A DNA stretch of 59,560 nt from an uncultured Mycoplasmatota bacterium (GCA_900546745.1 URDT01000004.1:1-59560), one strand, 5' to 3'. Counted from the stretch's first letter, positions 8,453-18,281 are shown. Notes: a model not told the origin generated them from the sequence alone. Made by a program: numbers and translations.

Positions 8453-8929
8453 ATGTATAATTATGATTCAGTTCAAAATTACTATGAATATTTAAATAAT
8501 AGTAATTCAAATATGAGAAATGATTATTATAATTACAAAAATAATAATTATAATCAACCACTATATACAGAAGACGCAGATGCTTCTAAACTATATGATC
8601 CATATCAAGGATTTATTAGAGGAAATATGTATCCTAATCTTTATAATGGATATAAAATTAATCCTACTGATATTACTCCTGCCAATGATCAAGCACAATT
8701 ACTTACCTATCTTGATGCTTTATGCTTCGCAATGATTGATATTAATCTATATCTTGACGTTTATCCAGATGATAAAGATATGATTTCTTTATTCAATCAA
8801 TATCGAACAGAAGCTAATAAATTAAAAGAAGAATATCAAAACAAATATGGTCCTATCTTAACAGATAGTAATGCTAACAATCGTTATCCATTTGCATGGA
8901 TTAATAGTCCTTGGCCATGGGAAAAATAA
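8453..8929 (+). CDS. cotJB: spore coat protein, apparent CotJA-CotJB fusion with an N/Y-rich N-terminus
   Basis: The C-terminal half (QAQLLTYLDALCFAMIDINLYLDVYPDDKDMISLFNQY...YGPIL...WINSPWPWE) aligns with CotJB. Residues around 45-75 (LYDPYQGFIRGNMYPNLYNGYK) resemble the CotJA core motif. Strong AGGAGG RBS. Confidence 0.75.
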   Translation: MYNYDSVQNYYEYLNNSNSNMRNDYYNYKNNNYNQPLYTEDADASKLYDPYQGFIRGNMYPNLYNGYKINPTDITPANDQAQLLTYLDALCFAMIDINLYLDVYPDDKDMISLFNQYRTEANKLKEEYQNKYGPILTDSNANNRYPFAWINSPWPWEK

Positions 8930-8948
8930 ATAGAAAGGAAAAAGTAAT

Positions 8949-9521
8949 ATGTGGATTTATGAAAAAAAATTAGAATATCCTGTTAATATTCGTAAAAAAG
9001 ATTTAAAAATGGCAAAATACTTGATGTCTCAATATGGAGGACCTACAGGAGAATTAAGTGCTGCCTTACAATATTTAAACCAAAGATTTACAATGCCAGA
9101 TGATAAGGGAAAAGCTTTATTAACTGATATTGGTACAGAAGAATTAGCTCATATTGAAATGATTGCTTCAATGGCGTACCAACTAATGAAAGATGCTAGT
9201 GTAGATGAATTAAAAGCTGCTGGATTAGGTGGCATGTTTGCTCAACAAGATTCAGCATTATTTCCAAGTGATGCAGCTGGAATTCCATTTACAGCAGCGT
9301 ACATCAATACAACAGGTGATTTTATTGCTGACCTAGAAAGTGATATGGCTGCTGAACAAAGAGCAAGAGCAACCTATGAACATCTTATGGATTTAACAAA
9401 TGATCCTGATGTATTAGGACCTTTAGCTTTCTTAAGACAAAGAGAGATCATTCACTATCAAAGATTCAAAGAACTTAGAAATTATTATTTAGAAAAACAA
9501 ATTCAAAGAAAAAACTCTTAA
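8949..9521 (+). CDS. cotJC: spore coat protein CotJC (manganese-catalase family)
   Basis: 190 aa. MWIYEKKLEYPVNI...QYGGPTGELSAALQYLNQRFTMPD...GTEELAHIEMI closely matches the CotJC/Mn-catalase fold. Confidence 0.9.
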   Translation: MWIYEKKLEYPVNIRKKDLKMAKYLMSQYGGPTGELSAALQYLNQRFTMPDDKGKALLTDIGTEELAHIEMIASMAYQLMKDASVDELKAAGLGGMFAQQDSALFPSDAAGIPFTAAYINTTGDFIADLESDMAAEQRARATYEHLMDLTNDPDVLGPLAFLRQREIIHYQRFKELRNYYLEKQIQRKNS

Positions 9522-9536
9522 ATATTAAGAGTTTTT
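9510..9536. terminator. bidirectional intrinsic terminator between cotJC and the zinc-ribbon gene
   Basis: 11-bp arms aaaaactctta (9510..9520) and taagagttttt (9526..9536) with a 5-nt loop. A-tract and T-tract arms allow function on both strands. Confidence 0.55.
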
Positions 9537-9704
9537 CTATTGTGCATTTGTTTTATTATTTCTTTCAGCTTTTCTTTTATCGCGACATTCTTTACATCTT
9601 ACAGGTTCATTTGTAAAACCTTTTTCTTGATAAAATTGTTGTTCACCAACTGTAAAAATAAATTCTTTACCACAATCTTTGCAGACAATTTTTTTATCTT
9701 CCAT
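9537..9704 (-). CDS. small zinc-ribbon protein (55 aa), not in the ORF track
   Basis: Manual translation: MEDKKIVCKDCGKEFIFTVGEQQFYQEKGFTNEPVRCKECRDKRKAERNNKTNAQ*. ATG at 9702..9704 lies behind AGGAGGT (9711..9717). Two CxxC pairs are present. The plus-strand ORF 9540..9734 is its antisense shadow. Confidence 0.7.
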   Translation of the reverse strand: MEDKKIVCKDCGKEFIFTVGEQQFYQEKGFTNEPVRCKECRDKRKAERNNKTNAQ

Positions 9705-9810
9705 TTTAGTACCTCCTTTTTGATATTTGATTGAATAAATTAGATCTCAAAAAGGGAAACTAAAAATATTAATCATTATTATATTACCATAATATGTAAT
9801 ATTTTTCAAA

Positions 9811-10005
9811 TTATGATAAAAAAAGTTTATCTGGTGTTGTATGAAATACCTTTGCTATTTTAATAGCCATTTCATATGATAATTTTCTTTTCCCATTTTC
9901 TATTAAACTATAATGAGAAGGAGAAATTCCTATTTTAGAAGATATATCATATATCGTTAGTTTTTGCTTGATTCTTAATTTTTTTAATTTCTCTGTATTA
10001 TACAT
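9811..10005 (-). CDS. XRE-family helix-turn-helix transcriptional regulator (64 aa)
   Basis: LRIKQKLTIYDISSKIGISPSHYSLIENGKRKLSYEMAIKIAKVF is a classic HTH_3 (Cro/CI) domain. Confidence 0.8.
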   Translation of the reverse strand: MYNTEKLKKLRIKQKLTIYDISSKIGISPSHYSLIENGKRKLSYEMAIKIAKVFHTTPDKLFLS

Positions 10006-10035
10006 ACTACCACCCTATTTCAATAATATCACTTA

Positions 10036-10052
10036 ATAGACTATTAGTCTAT
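10036..10052. promoter_or_regulatory. 8-1-8 palindrome ATAGACTA-T-TAGTCTAT, putative operator in the divergent XRE promoter region
   Basis: Perfect inverted repeat roughly centred in the 90-bp gap between the two divergently transcribed XRE genes. Confidence 0.5.
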
Positions 10053-10095
10053 ATTAATTAAAACTTATTTATGAGAAAATAGTATTGGTGATAGT

Positions 10096-10317
10096 ATGTA
10101 TAAAGAAGATATTTATAATATTGTAGGAAAGAATATAAAAAAATATAGAAAAGAAAATGATTTAACACAAAGACAATTAGCTGAAAAATTACTTTTATCA
10201 GAAAGTTTTATTGCTAAACTAGAATCTAGTACACATCAAACAATTTCGTTAGATACTTTAGAGCAAATAGCTAATGTGTTAAATATCAATATAAAAGACT
10301 TATTCGATAAAGAATAA
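10096..10317 (+). CDS. XRE-family helix-turn-helix transcriptional regulator (73 aa)
   Basis: IKKYRKENDLTQRQLAEKLLLSESFIAKLES...SLDTLEQIANVLNINIKDLF is an HTH_3 domain. GGTGA-like RBS. Confidence 0.8.
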   Translation: MYKEDIYNIVGKNIKKYRKENDLTQRQLAEKLLLSESFIAKLESSTHQTISLDTLEQIANVLNINIKDLFDKE

Positions 10318-10320
10318 GTC

Positions 10321-12132
10321 TTATTTTTTATTATCAAATTTTTTTCTTTCATTTGTGTTCAATATTTTCTTTCTCATTCTAATAAAGTTTGGAGTAACTT
10401 CTACATATTCATCACTATTAATATAATCCAAACAATATTCTAGAGTTAACGCTCTTGGTCTTTTTAATACAACTGTATGATCTTTTCCAGCACTTCGTGT
10501 ATTTGTTAAGTTCTTTCCTTTTACAACATTTACTGCTAAATCATTTTCATGAGTATGTTCTCCGACAATCATCCCTTCATAGATATCTACACCTGGTTCA
10601 ACAAACATAACTCCTCTGTCTTCTAATTGACCTAAAGCGTAAGCTGTTGATTTACCATTTTCCATAGAAACTAATACTCCTAGTTTTCTTTCACCAACAG
10701 TTCCACCAGCTAATGGAGCATATTCTCTAAAAGTATGATTAATGATTCCATATCCTTTTGTCATTGTCATAAATTCAGTAGAAAAACCAATTAAACCTCT
10801 TGAAGGAACAATATATGACAAGCGAACTTGATTTTCACTATTATGCATATTTTCCATTTTTCCTTCACGATTTCCTAGTGCTTCGATTACATTACCGACA
10901 TATTCTTCAGGAACATCAATTTGAACATCTTCATATGGTTCACATTTTACACCATCAATTTCTTTAATAATAACTTCTGGTTTAGAAACTTGAAGTTCAA
11001 ATCCTTCACGGCGCATATTTTCAATTAAAATAGATAAATGTAGTTCTCCACGACCAGATACGATAAATGATTCACTATCATTTGGTGCTACTTTTAAAGA
11101 TACATCTCGTTCTGTTTCTTTTAATAATCTTTCTTCTATTTTCCTTGCTGTTACTATTTTTCCATCTTTTCCAACAAATGGAGATGTATTTACTCCAAAA
11201 GTCATTTGTAAAGTTGGTTCATCAATACGAAGTCTAGGTAAGGCATCTTCTTTTCCTACTTCGCAAACAGTTTCACCGACTGAAATATCTGGAAGTCCTG
11301 AAATAGCGATAATATCTCCTGCTTCTGCTTCATTAATTTCAATTCTTTTAAGTCCCATATAACCAAACATTTTTGCAATTCTAAATTGTTTAATAGTGCC
11401 ATCTAAACGTACACAAGAAACCATTTCATTTGTTTTAATTTTTCCTCTTTTAACAACACCAATACCAATTCTTCCAACAAAATCATTATAATCTAGTAAT
11501 GCCGGTTGAAATTGTAATGATCCTTCTATATTTACATCAGGTGCTGGAATATAGTCTACAATAGTATCTAGGATTGGATCCATTCCTGGTTTTTGAGTAG
11601 CAACATCTGCTTCATAACTTGAAGTACCATTAATTGCTGAAGTATAAATTACTGGGAATTCCAATTGGTCTTCATCTGCACCAAGTTCAATAAATAAATC
11701 TAAAACTTCATCTACTACTTGAGATGGTCTTGCTGTTGGTTTATCGATTTTATTTACAACAACAATTGGAGTAACTCCTGCTTCTAAGGCTTTTTTAAGT
11801 ACAAATCTTGTTTGAGGCATTGTTCCTTCAGAAGCATCTACAACAAGTAAAACACCATCTACCATATTCATGATTCTTTCTACTTCTCCACCAAAATCAG
11901 CATGTCCTGGAGTATCTAGAATATTAATACGGCATCCGTTATGATCAATTGCTGTTGGTTTTGCTAAAATAGTGATTCCTCTTTCTCTTTCGATATCATT
12001 AGAATCCATTACTCTAATTTCAACATTTTCATTTGCTCTAAATGTACCAGAGCATTTTAACAATTGGTCTACAAGTGTAGTTTTACCATGGTCAACATGG
12101 GCAATAATTGCAATATTTCTTATATTTTTCAT
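10321..12132 (-). CDS. typA: translational GTPase TypA/BipA
   Basis: 603 aa. [33 protein letters not shown] and NKIDK G-motifs, plus TypA-specific C-terminal region. Confidence 0.95.
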   Translation of the reverse strand: MKNIRNIAIIAHVDHGKTTLVDQLLKCSGTFRANENVEIRVMDSNDIERERGITILAKPTAIDHNGCRINILDTPGHADFGGEVERIMNMVDGVLLVVDASEGTMPQTRFVLKKALEAGVTPIVVVNKIDKPTARPSQVVDEVLDLFIELGADEDQLEFPVIYTSAINGTSSYEADVATQKPGMDPILDTIVDYIPAPDVNIEGSLQFQPALLDYNDFVGRIGIGVVKRGKIKTNEMVSCVRLDGTIKQFRIAKMFGYMGLKRIEINEAEAGDIIAISGLPDISVGETVCEVGKEDALPRLRIDEPTLQMTFGVNTSPFVGKDGKIVTARKIEERLLKETERDVSLKVAPNDSESFIVSGRGELHLSILIENMRREGFELQVSKPEVIIKEIDGVKCEPYEDVQIDVPEEYVGNVIEALGNREGKMENMHNSENQVRLSYIVPSRGLIGFSTEFMTMTKGYGIINHTFREYAPLAGGTVGERKLGVLVSMENGKSTAYALGQLEDRGVMFVEPGVDIYEGMIVGEHTHENDLAVNVVKGKNLTNTRSAGKDHTVVLKRPRALTLEYCLDYINSDEYVEVTPNFIRMRKKILNTNERKKFDNKK

Positions 12133-12257
12133 AAGATTCCACTTCCTTAATCCATGGTATTATAGCATAATTATAAGAATATTGTAAATAAATTTTGATT
12201 GGATTAAAAAGATTTGTTTTTAAATTCAGTTAAATGTATAATAAAATTGGTGGTAGT

Positions 12258-12884
12258 ATGAAAAAAATAAGTATATTGATGATAACTCTATTAGTTATTT
12301 TTATTCCTATTCCAATATTTGCTTCTGAAAGAATAAACGTTACTTTAAATAAATGTGTAGATGGAGATACTGCTTGGTTTAATTTGGAAAATAAAAAAAT
12401 TAAAGCTAGATTTTTGGCAATTGATACTCCAGAATCTACAATTAGAGTTGACCCTTATGGAAAAGAGGCTAGTGAATTCACTTGTAATTTACTTACTAAT
12501 GCAGCTCAAATTCAAATCGAATATGATAATAATTCTGATAAACAAGATAAATACAATAGGAAGTTAGTATGGGTATTTGTTGACGGAAAATTACTTCAAG
12601 AACAAGTTGTAAAAGAAGGACTTGCCGAAGTAAAATATATCTATGGAGATTACAAATATCTTAACGATGTGAATAATGCCTTACAAGAAGCAAAAAAAAA
12701 GAAACTAAATTTATGGAGTGATAATGAAAGTGACAATACCTATGATTATTTAATTGTTGGAATTGGTATTTGTGTCGTTATTATTATGATTTTTTTAAAT
12801 AAGACTTTTCGAAAAAATTTCGTAAAGAAATTTAAATCTTTAACAAAAAAAGAATTTAAGAAATCTCTTAACAAATTAAAATAG
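12258..12884 (+). CDS. secreted/membrane-anchored thermonuclease (SNase-like)
   Basis: ORF 12234..12884, with the start moved to the ATG at 12258 behind GGTGG. It has a signal peptide, then CVDGDTAWF...KARFLAIDTPES...KYNRKLVWVF SNase motifs, and a C-terminal TM helix. Confidence 0.8.
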   Translation: MKKISILMITLLVIFIPIPIFASERINVTLNKCVDGDTAWFNLENKKIKARFLAIDTPESTIRVDPYGKEASEFTCNLLTNAAQIQIEYDNNSDKQDKYNRKLVWVFVDGKLLQEQVVKEGLAEVKYIYGDYKYLNDVNNALQEAKKKKLNLWSDNESDNTYDYLIVGIGICVVIIMIFLNKTFRKNFVKKFKSLTKKEFKKSLNKLK

Positions 12885-12901
12885 AAGAATATTCTATTTT
12901 T

Positions 12902-13615
12902 TTATTCTAAAACATTCTTAATTTTTATATGATGGTTATTTTCATAGACAGTTAATTTTTCATTAATGTCTAATGTTGCTAATAAGATATCCTCTAAATT
13001 ATATCCTTTTACCTTTAATTCTTTTAAAAGCCATTGTTTTGATTTATTCATATTATTTAAATTCTTCATCATGATTCTTCCATCAATAATCACGTTAGCG
13101 CATAAATCTTGTAAAGTAGGTTTTAAATTCATATCATTCATTGTTACAGGATTGTATTCTGGTTTTAACATAATACTAATTTTACCATTTACTTCCATAA
13201 TAGCATATTCGATCTGGCTAATATCAAATGTTCCATTATTTCGACATTGTTCTAATAAATCATTAATATCTATATTTAGTTTTTTCATATTTTCTTTTAT
13301 AATTTTTCCTTCTTGTATTATGATGGTAGGAGTACCAATTAATAGTCTTCTTAAAATAATACTTTTCATAGTTAATCTAGAAACTAACCAAGAAATAATT
13401 CCAAAGGTAAAAATAGCTACTACACCATTAATGTACTGATTATTTAATCCCATAGTCATTTCTGCTGTAAAATTTCCAATTGATATTCCAATTACGTAGT
13501 CAAATAAACTAAGTTCTGATACTTGTTTCTTACCTATTAATTTTGTAATTAGAAATAATGTAAGTAAAGAAAATAAACTACGTGGAATAATTGATAAAGC
13601 TTCTTGTATATCCAT
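12902..13615 (-). CDS. DUF421 (YetF-like) membrane protein
   Basis: LITKLIGKKQVSELSLFDYVIGISIGNF and overall architecture match DUF421. Confidence 0.75.
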   Translation of the reverse strand: MDIQEALSIIPRSLFSLLTLFLITKLIGKKQVSELSLFDYVIGISIGNFTAEMTMGLNNQYINGVVAIFTFGIISWLVSRLTMKSIILRRLLIGTPTIIIQEGKIIKENMKKLNIDINDLLEQCRNNGTFDISQIEYAIMEVNGKISIMLKPEYNPVTMNDMNLKPTLQDLCANVIIDGRIMMKNLNNMNKSKQWLLKELKVKGYNLEDILLATLDINEKLTVYENNHHIKIKNVLE

Positions 13616-13671
13616 AGTATCACCTATTATTAGGCTTTACTATTTTTATTGAAATATACAAAAAAAGGTTA

Positions 13672-14745
13672 TTACTTTAACCTTTTTTGAAATTTTTTTC
13701 TAATTTCTTCATGATCAAATACTACATTTGTTTTCATAATAAATGTAATAACAATGATCAATAAAATTCCATAAATAATATAACCTAAAGTTGCATCTTT
13801 CAATACATAAATAATAGATGCAGCAGCAAAAAGAGAATCTATTGTTAAAATAATAAGGACTGTTGTTCTTTGTGAAAAGTTTCTGTTTAAAAGCTGATGA
13901 TGAATATGTAAACGATCTCCTTTGGCAAAACTTTCTCCTTTTAATGCTCTACGAATGATAGCAAATAAAGTATCTAAAATTGGAATTGCTAAAATTAATA
14001 ATGGAATTATTAAAGAAGTCATTGTAACATTTTTAAATCCAAGCAAAGCAATTACTGAGATAATAAATCCCATAAACATAGCTCCTGAATCACCGGCAAA
14101 TATAGTGGCAGGATTAAAATTATAAACTAAAAATCCTAAAGTTGCTCCTAACATAACAAATGTTAAAACAAAGTCTAATCCAGTTTTACCTTGAATAGTT
14201 GCTATAATGCCAACTGTTAAAAAATAAATAGAACTAATGCCACCAGATAGTCCATCCACACCATCAATAAAATTGATGCAATTGATACAACCTAATATAA
14301 AAAATATTGTTAAAGGATAAGATAAGAAACTAAAATTGATATATAAACCAAAAGCAGTAATATCACTAATTAATAGTTTTCCATAAAAGACAATTACTAA
14401 GGAAGCTGCTAGTTGACCTACAAATTTAGTAAATGGCCCTAATTCTGTAATATCATCGATAACTCCTGTTATTATAATGATAAAGCTGCCTATTAATATT
14501 GCATTCATAATAGAACTATGAGTGCCAAAAAACATATATCCTAATAAAAATCCAAAAAATATTGCAAGTCCACCTAATTTAGGTGTTGTTTTTTTATGAA
14601 TATGTCTTGTATTAGGCCTTGCCACATCGACAGCTCCAATACGCACAGCTATATTTTTTATATAAGGAATTATCATTACCACAAATACAAATGGTAATAA
14701 TATCATTAATAATATTCTTGAAAATAGTTCCTGATCAAACATCAT
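13672..14745 (-). CDS. glycosyltransferase family 4 (MraY/WecA/TagO-like) polyprenyl-phosphate sugar-1-phosphate transferase
   Basis: Multi-TM protein with VGSFIIIITGVIDDI, NCINFIDGVDGL and FAGDSGAMFMGF motifs. Start placed at the ATG-ATG pair (14745 or 14742) behind AGGTGA. Confidence 0.8.
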   Translation of the reverse strand: MMFDQELFSRILLMILLPFVFVVMIIPYIKNIAVRIGAVDVARPNTRHIHKKTTPKLGGLAIFFGFLLGYMFFGTHSSIMNAILIGSFIIIITGVIDDITELGPFTKFVGQLAASLVIVFYGKLLISDITAFGLYINFSFLSYPLTIFFILGCINCINFIDGVDGLSGGISSIYFLTVGIIATIQGKTGLDFVLTFVMLGATLGFLVYNFNPATIFAGDSGAMFMGFIISVIALLGFKNVTMTSLIIPLLILAIPILDTLFAIIRRALKGESFAKGDRLHIHHQLLNRNFSQRTTVLIILTIDSLFAAASIIYVLKDATLGYIIYGILLIIVITFIMKTNVVFDHEEIRKKFQKRLK

Positions 14746-14818
14746 AATATCACCTAGACCCATTATATCATTAAATTTTTTGACTGTCTATTAAATTAAA
14801 AAGCTATCTTTCGATAGC

Positions 14819-15322
14819 TTATTTTACATGTCTTCCTTTTTCCATGATTTCTTGGATTGTCTGACCAGTACTTTCATACACAGATTCTTCCATATTTGAA
14901 TTATAATATTCTTCTTTTTCACGGTTTAACTTATATTGTTCGTAATCTTCTTTCATATTTTCTATTTTAGTTTCACTAAACTCTACAATCTTACCACCAA
15001 TTGGTGTCTTAACTAAAACGGTAGCAGTAACAGCTCCTCCTACAATGAGTGCGATAGCACGTTTATATAATTGAACTTTTCTTTTTCTTTCGCTATATTT
15101 CCAATTTCTCTTTGTTTGTCGAGTGTTTAATCTAGCTTCTTCAATTCTCTGATCAATAGTTGTTAATCTTTCAAGTTGTTCTTCTTCTTTTTTTCTAGTT
15201 AAATCTTCACGATACATTTCTTCTATACGTTGTTTAATTCTTTTATTAAGTTCTGGATCTATTTTATTTTCATATCTTTCATGAATTCTACTCATTCTAT
15301 TAATATCTATATTATTTTCCAT
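14819..15322 (-). CDS. hypothetical charged coiled-coil protein with one TM helix
   Basis: ORF 14819..15334, with the ATG at 15320..15322 behind GGTGA. K/E/R-rich N-terminal half, then AIALIVGGAVTATVLV TM segment. No family recognised. Confidence 0.5.
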   Translation of the reverse strand: MENNIDINRMSRIHERYENKIDPELNKRIKQRIEEMYREDLTRKKEEEQLERLTTIDQRIEEARLNTRQTKRNWKYSERKRKVQLYKRAIALIVGGAVTATVLVKTPIGGKIVEFSETKIENMKEDYEQYKLNREKEEYYNSNMEESVYESTGQTIQEIMEKGRHVK

Positions 15323-15376
15323 ATTTCTCACCACTAAGCTTAGTTTATCATTAAATTACACAGTAAGTCAAATTTT

Positions 15377-16372
15377 TTAGATATTATCAATTAAATTTAT
15401 ATTATCTAACATCACCCCTGCTCCAACGGCAACACATGTAAGAGGACTATCAGCTATCTTTACTGGAACTTTTAATTCATGAGCAAGTAGCTTGTCCAGT
15501 CCCTTTATTAATGCCCCTCCACCAGTTAGTGTTATTCCTCGGTCTACAATATCAGCAGACAACTCTGGAGGAGTTTGTTCCAAAACTGCTTTTGCTGTAT
15601 GGACAATGATCATAGAACTTTCTCGTAATGCTTCTTCAATTTCATTGCTGGTTAATGTTATTGTATTTGGTAAACCACTTACCAAATCTCTTCCTCTTAC
15701 AACCATTTTTTCAGGATTTTTTTTATCTAAAAAAACATTTCCTATCTTTAATTTAATTTCTTCAGCTGTTCGATCTCCAATTAACAATTTGTATTTATTT
15801 TTTATGTATTTCATAATATCACTATCAAAGGTATTACCGGCAACCTTAATTGATGAACTTGTTACAATTCCTCCTAATGAAAGAATAGCAATATCTGTTG
15901 TTCCTCCACCAATATCAATAATCATATTTCCACAAGGAGCTGATATATCTAACCCTGCTCCAACGGCTGCTACTTTTGGTTCTTCTTCAATGAATACCTT
16001 TTTTGCCCCTGTCCTTTCAGCTGCTTCTTTAATGGCATTTTTTTCTACCTGTGTTATATTGGAAGGACAGCATATCAAAATTCTAGGTTTTGAAAAAAAA
16101 CTTTTTCCTCCTGCTTTTTTTATAAAATGATCTAACATGATTTCTGTTGTTTCAAAATCTGCGATAACACCATCTTTCATTGGCCTTATTGCAGTTACTT
16201 TGCCAGGTGTCCTACCCAACATATCACGTGCTTCAGAACCTACAGCCAAAGCTTTTTTAGAATATGAATCTATTGCGACAACGCTAGGTTCATTTAAAAC
16301 TACACCTTGTCCTTTAATATAAATTAATACATTAGCTGTTCCTAAATCAATTCCAATATCTTGTGCAAACAT
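15377..16372 (-). CDS. mreB: rod-shape-determining actin homologue MreB/Mbl
   Basis: 331 aa. DIGIDLGTANVLIY, IIDIGGGTTDIA and LTGGGALIKGLDKLL motifs. It sits next to spoIIID, as mbl does in Bacillus. Confidence 0.92.
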   Translation of the reverse strand: MFAQDIGIDLGTANVLIYIKGQGVVLNEPSVVAIDSYSKKALAVGSEARDMLGRTPGKVTAIRPMKDGVIADFETTEIMLDHFIKKAGGKSFFSKPRILICCPSNITQVEKNAIKEAAERTGAKKVFIEEEPKVAAVGAGLDISAPCGNMIIDIGGGTTDIAILSLGGIVTSSSIKVAGNTFDSDIMKYIKNKYKLLIGDRTAEEIKLKIGNVFLDKKNPEKMVVRGRDLVSGLPNTITLTSNEIEEALRESSMIIVHTAKAVLEQTPPELSADIVDRGITLTGGGALIKGLDKLLAHELKVPVKIADSPLTCVAVGAGVMLDNINLIDNI

Positions 16373-16376
16373 TTTT

Positions 16377-16622
16377 TCACCCCATTTTTAAATATTTATT
16401 TCTTGTAGATAACCCACCTCTAATATGTCTAATGTCTGTATGAAACTTCAAGATTTCTTTTATTTTTATATATTTTTCTTGATTAATATCTTTTAAACGT
16501 TCATTCAAATCTTTATGGACAGTACTTTTTGATACATGATATATTGTAGCAATCTGTCTAATTGTTTGATTTGTTTTCAACATACAATTAGCTTCTTCTA
16601 TCACTCTTTTATTAATTTCCAT
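16377..16622 (-). CDS. spoIIID: sporulation transcriptional regulator SpoIIID
   Basis: 81 aa. TIRQIATIYHVSKSTVHKDLNERL...IKEILKFHTDIRHIRGG aligns with SpoIIID. Confidence 0.9.
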   Translation of the reverse strand: MEINKRVIEEANCMLKTNQTIRQIATIYHVSKSTVHKDLNERLKDINQEKYIKIKEILKFHTDIRHIRGGLSTRNKYLKMG

Positions 16623-16685
16623 AGCTTCACTCCTATTTAATTATATAAATAGAATTGATAGTTATGAATAAAAAGAGGTTTCCCT

Positions 16686-17312
16686 CTATAATTCACTTAA
16701 GGATTTGTCAAAGTAATTTTCAGGATCAACTGTTTTTCCATTCACAATTAATTCAAAATATAAATGACTTCCTAAATCTTTATCTAAGTTGCTTGTACTA
16801 CTTTTTCCAATCACATCACCTTGGGAAATTTTGTCATTTTCTTTTAAAGTTACATCTTTTAAGCTTTGATAAACACTTATAATATTATTATCATGTTCAA
16901 TTTGGACAGTTGTTCCTAAAGTTTCATCATTTTCAACAGAAATAACTTTTCCATCTAGAATAGCAGTTACATCAAAATCATCTTTTCCACCATAAGATAC
17001 TCCACTACTTTGTAAATAGGTATTATTGTAATTAATAATTGCTTTTTCTTGAGATGATTCATCTGCTTGATAATCATAAAAATCTTTTAATATTGTAATT
17101 TCAGAATCTTTATATGGTCTTACTATTTTTGTTTCAGCTGCTACTACAGGTAACACTTCATCAAAAATTGTATCACTTACATATAAAGTATCATCATCTA
17201 AACTATTAGTTGTAAATGCACCTTCTATCAAATAAGCAATTCCAACTAATAAAACAAATCCTAAACTGTACATTAAATATACTGCCGACTTTTTAAGTCT
17301 TCTAACTTCCAT
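16686..17312 (-). CDS. membrane-anchored degenerate LytM (M23) domain protein, SpoIIQ-like
   Basis: N-terminal TM helix plus a C-terminal LytM domain. Both zinc motifs are altered: SYGGKD instead of HxxxD, and HLYFE instead of HLHFE. Located between spoIID and spoIIID. Confidence 0.65.
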   Translation of the reverse strand: MEVRRLKKSAVYLMYSLGFVLLVGIAYLIEGAFTTNSLDDDTLYVSDTIFDEVLPVVAAETKIVRPYKDSEITILKDFYDYQADESSQEKAIINYNNTYLQSSGVSYGGKDDFDVTAILDGKVISVENDETLGTTVQIEHDNNIISVYQSLKDVTLKENDKISQGDVIGKSSTSNLDKDLGSHLYFELIVNGKTVDPENYFDKSLSEL

Positions 17313-17354
17313 TTTTTCTCACCTCTATTAAAAGTGTGAGCACATTTTTTAATT

Positions 17355-18281
17355 TTATACTTCCATTTTTAAAATTTCTACATTTTGATAATAATACTTT
17401 ATAATTTCTTGATAATTATATCCTTTTAAAGCCATCGCTTGGGCTCCATATTGACTCATTCCTACACCATGTCCGTATCCTTTTGTTTGAATTGTTATTA
17501 TATTTCCATTTTGTTCAATATTAAAATAAGTAGATCTTAAATTTAATAATTTTGTTAAATCTGATGCTTTAAATTTTTGACGATTAATTTCTATATTTTT
17601 TATACGACCAGTACTAGTAGTGTCTACTATATTTATTTGCAATTTTTCTTCATAAGGTAAATTTAATTTTTGATAGAATTCTTCTAGGGTAAATTTATAA
17701 ATTTCATTAAAAACAGGAGATACATCACTATCCCATGTAGAATCTACGCTTCTCAAATAAGGCAAAGATTCTTGAAAAACTTCCTCACTATTTTCTGTTT
17801 TTCCAGAGCTAGTAGAAAAAAAGAATGCTTGAATTACTTCTCCATTGTAAGCAATATATTCACCTTGTGTATCATTTACAGCCTTGGTTATTTTTTGCAA
17901 TTTTTCTTCATATTGATCTTTCCATTTTTCTTTCATTTGTGATTCATCTAAATAAACCTGATTCATGACAGTATCTACAATATCGTAATCATTATTTTTA
18001 TTTTGTTCCATTTTTTTTAAAACATAACTTCTAGCGGCAAGTGCTTGCGCTTTTAATGCTTCCAATTCAAAGTTGGCAGGCATTTCTCCTGCTAAAACTC
18101 CAATGATGTAACTTTCAAAGGGAACAGTATCAATAGAACCATTTGTTCTTTGAATTCTAACGTTTTTATTATTAATAACATTTGAATTTATATTTTGTTC
18201 TTTTATTTCTTTAACAAAAATTAAAACTACTAAAAAAGGTATCAATATTACTATTCCTGTCAAACCTAAAATTTTTTTCAT
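17355..18281 (-). CDS. spoIID: stage II sporulation protein D (SpoIID lytic transglycosylase)
   Basis: SpoIID/LytB domain (EALKAQALAARSY..., FFSTSSGKTENSEEVF, GYGHGVGMSQYGA). Start moved to the ATG at 18279..18281 (MKKILG) behind GAAGGGA. Confidence 0.88.
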   Translation of the reverse strand: MKKILGLTGIVILIPFLVVLIFVKEIKEQNINSNVINNKNVRIQRTNGSIDTVPFESYIIGVLAGEMPANFELEALKAQALAARSYVLKKMEQNKNNDYDIVDTVMNQVYLDESQMKEKWKDQYEEKLQKITKAVNDTQGEYIAYNGEVIQAFFFSTSSGKTENSEEVFQESLPYLRSVDSTWDSDVSPVFNEIYKFTLEEFYQKLNLPYEEKLQINIVDTTSTGRIKNIEINRQKFKASDLTKLLNLRSTYFNIEQNGNIITIQTKGYGHGVGMSQYGAQAMALKGYNYQEIIKYYYQNVEILKMEV

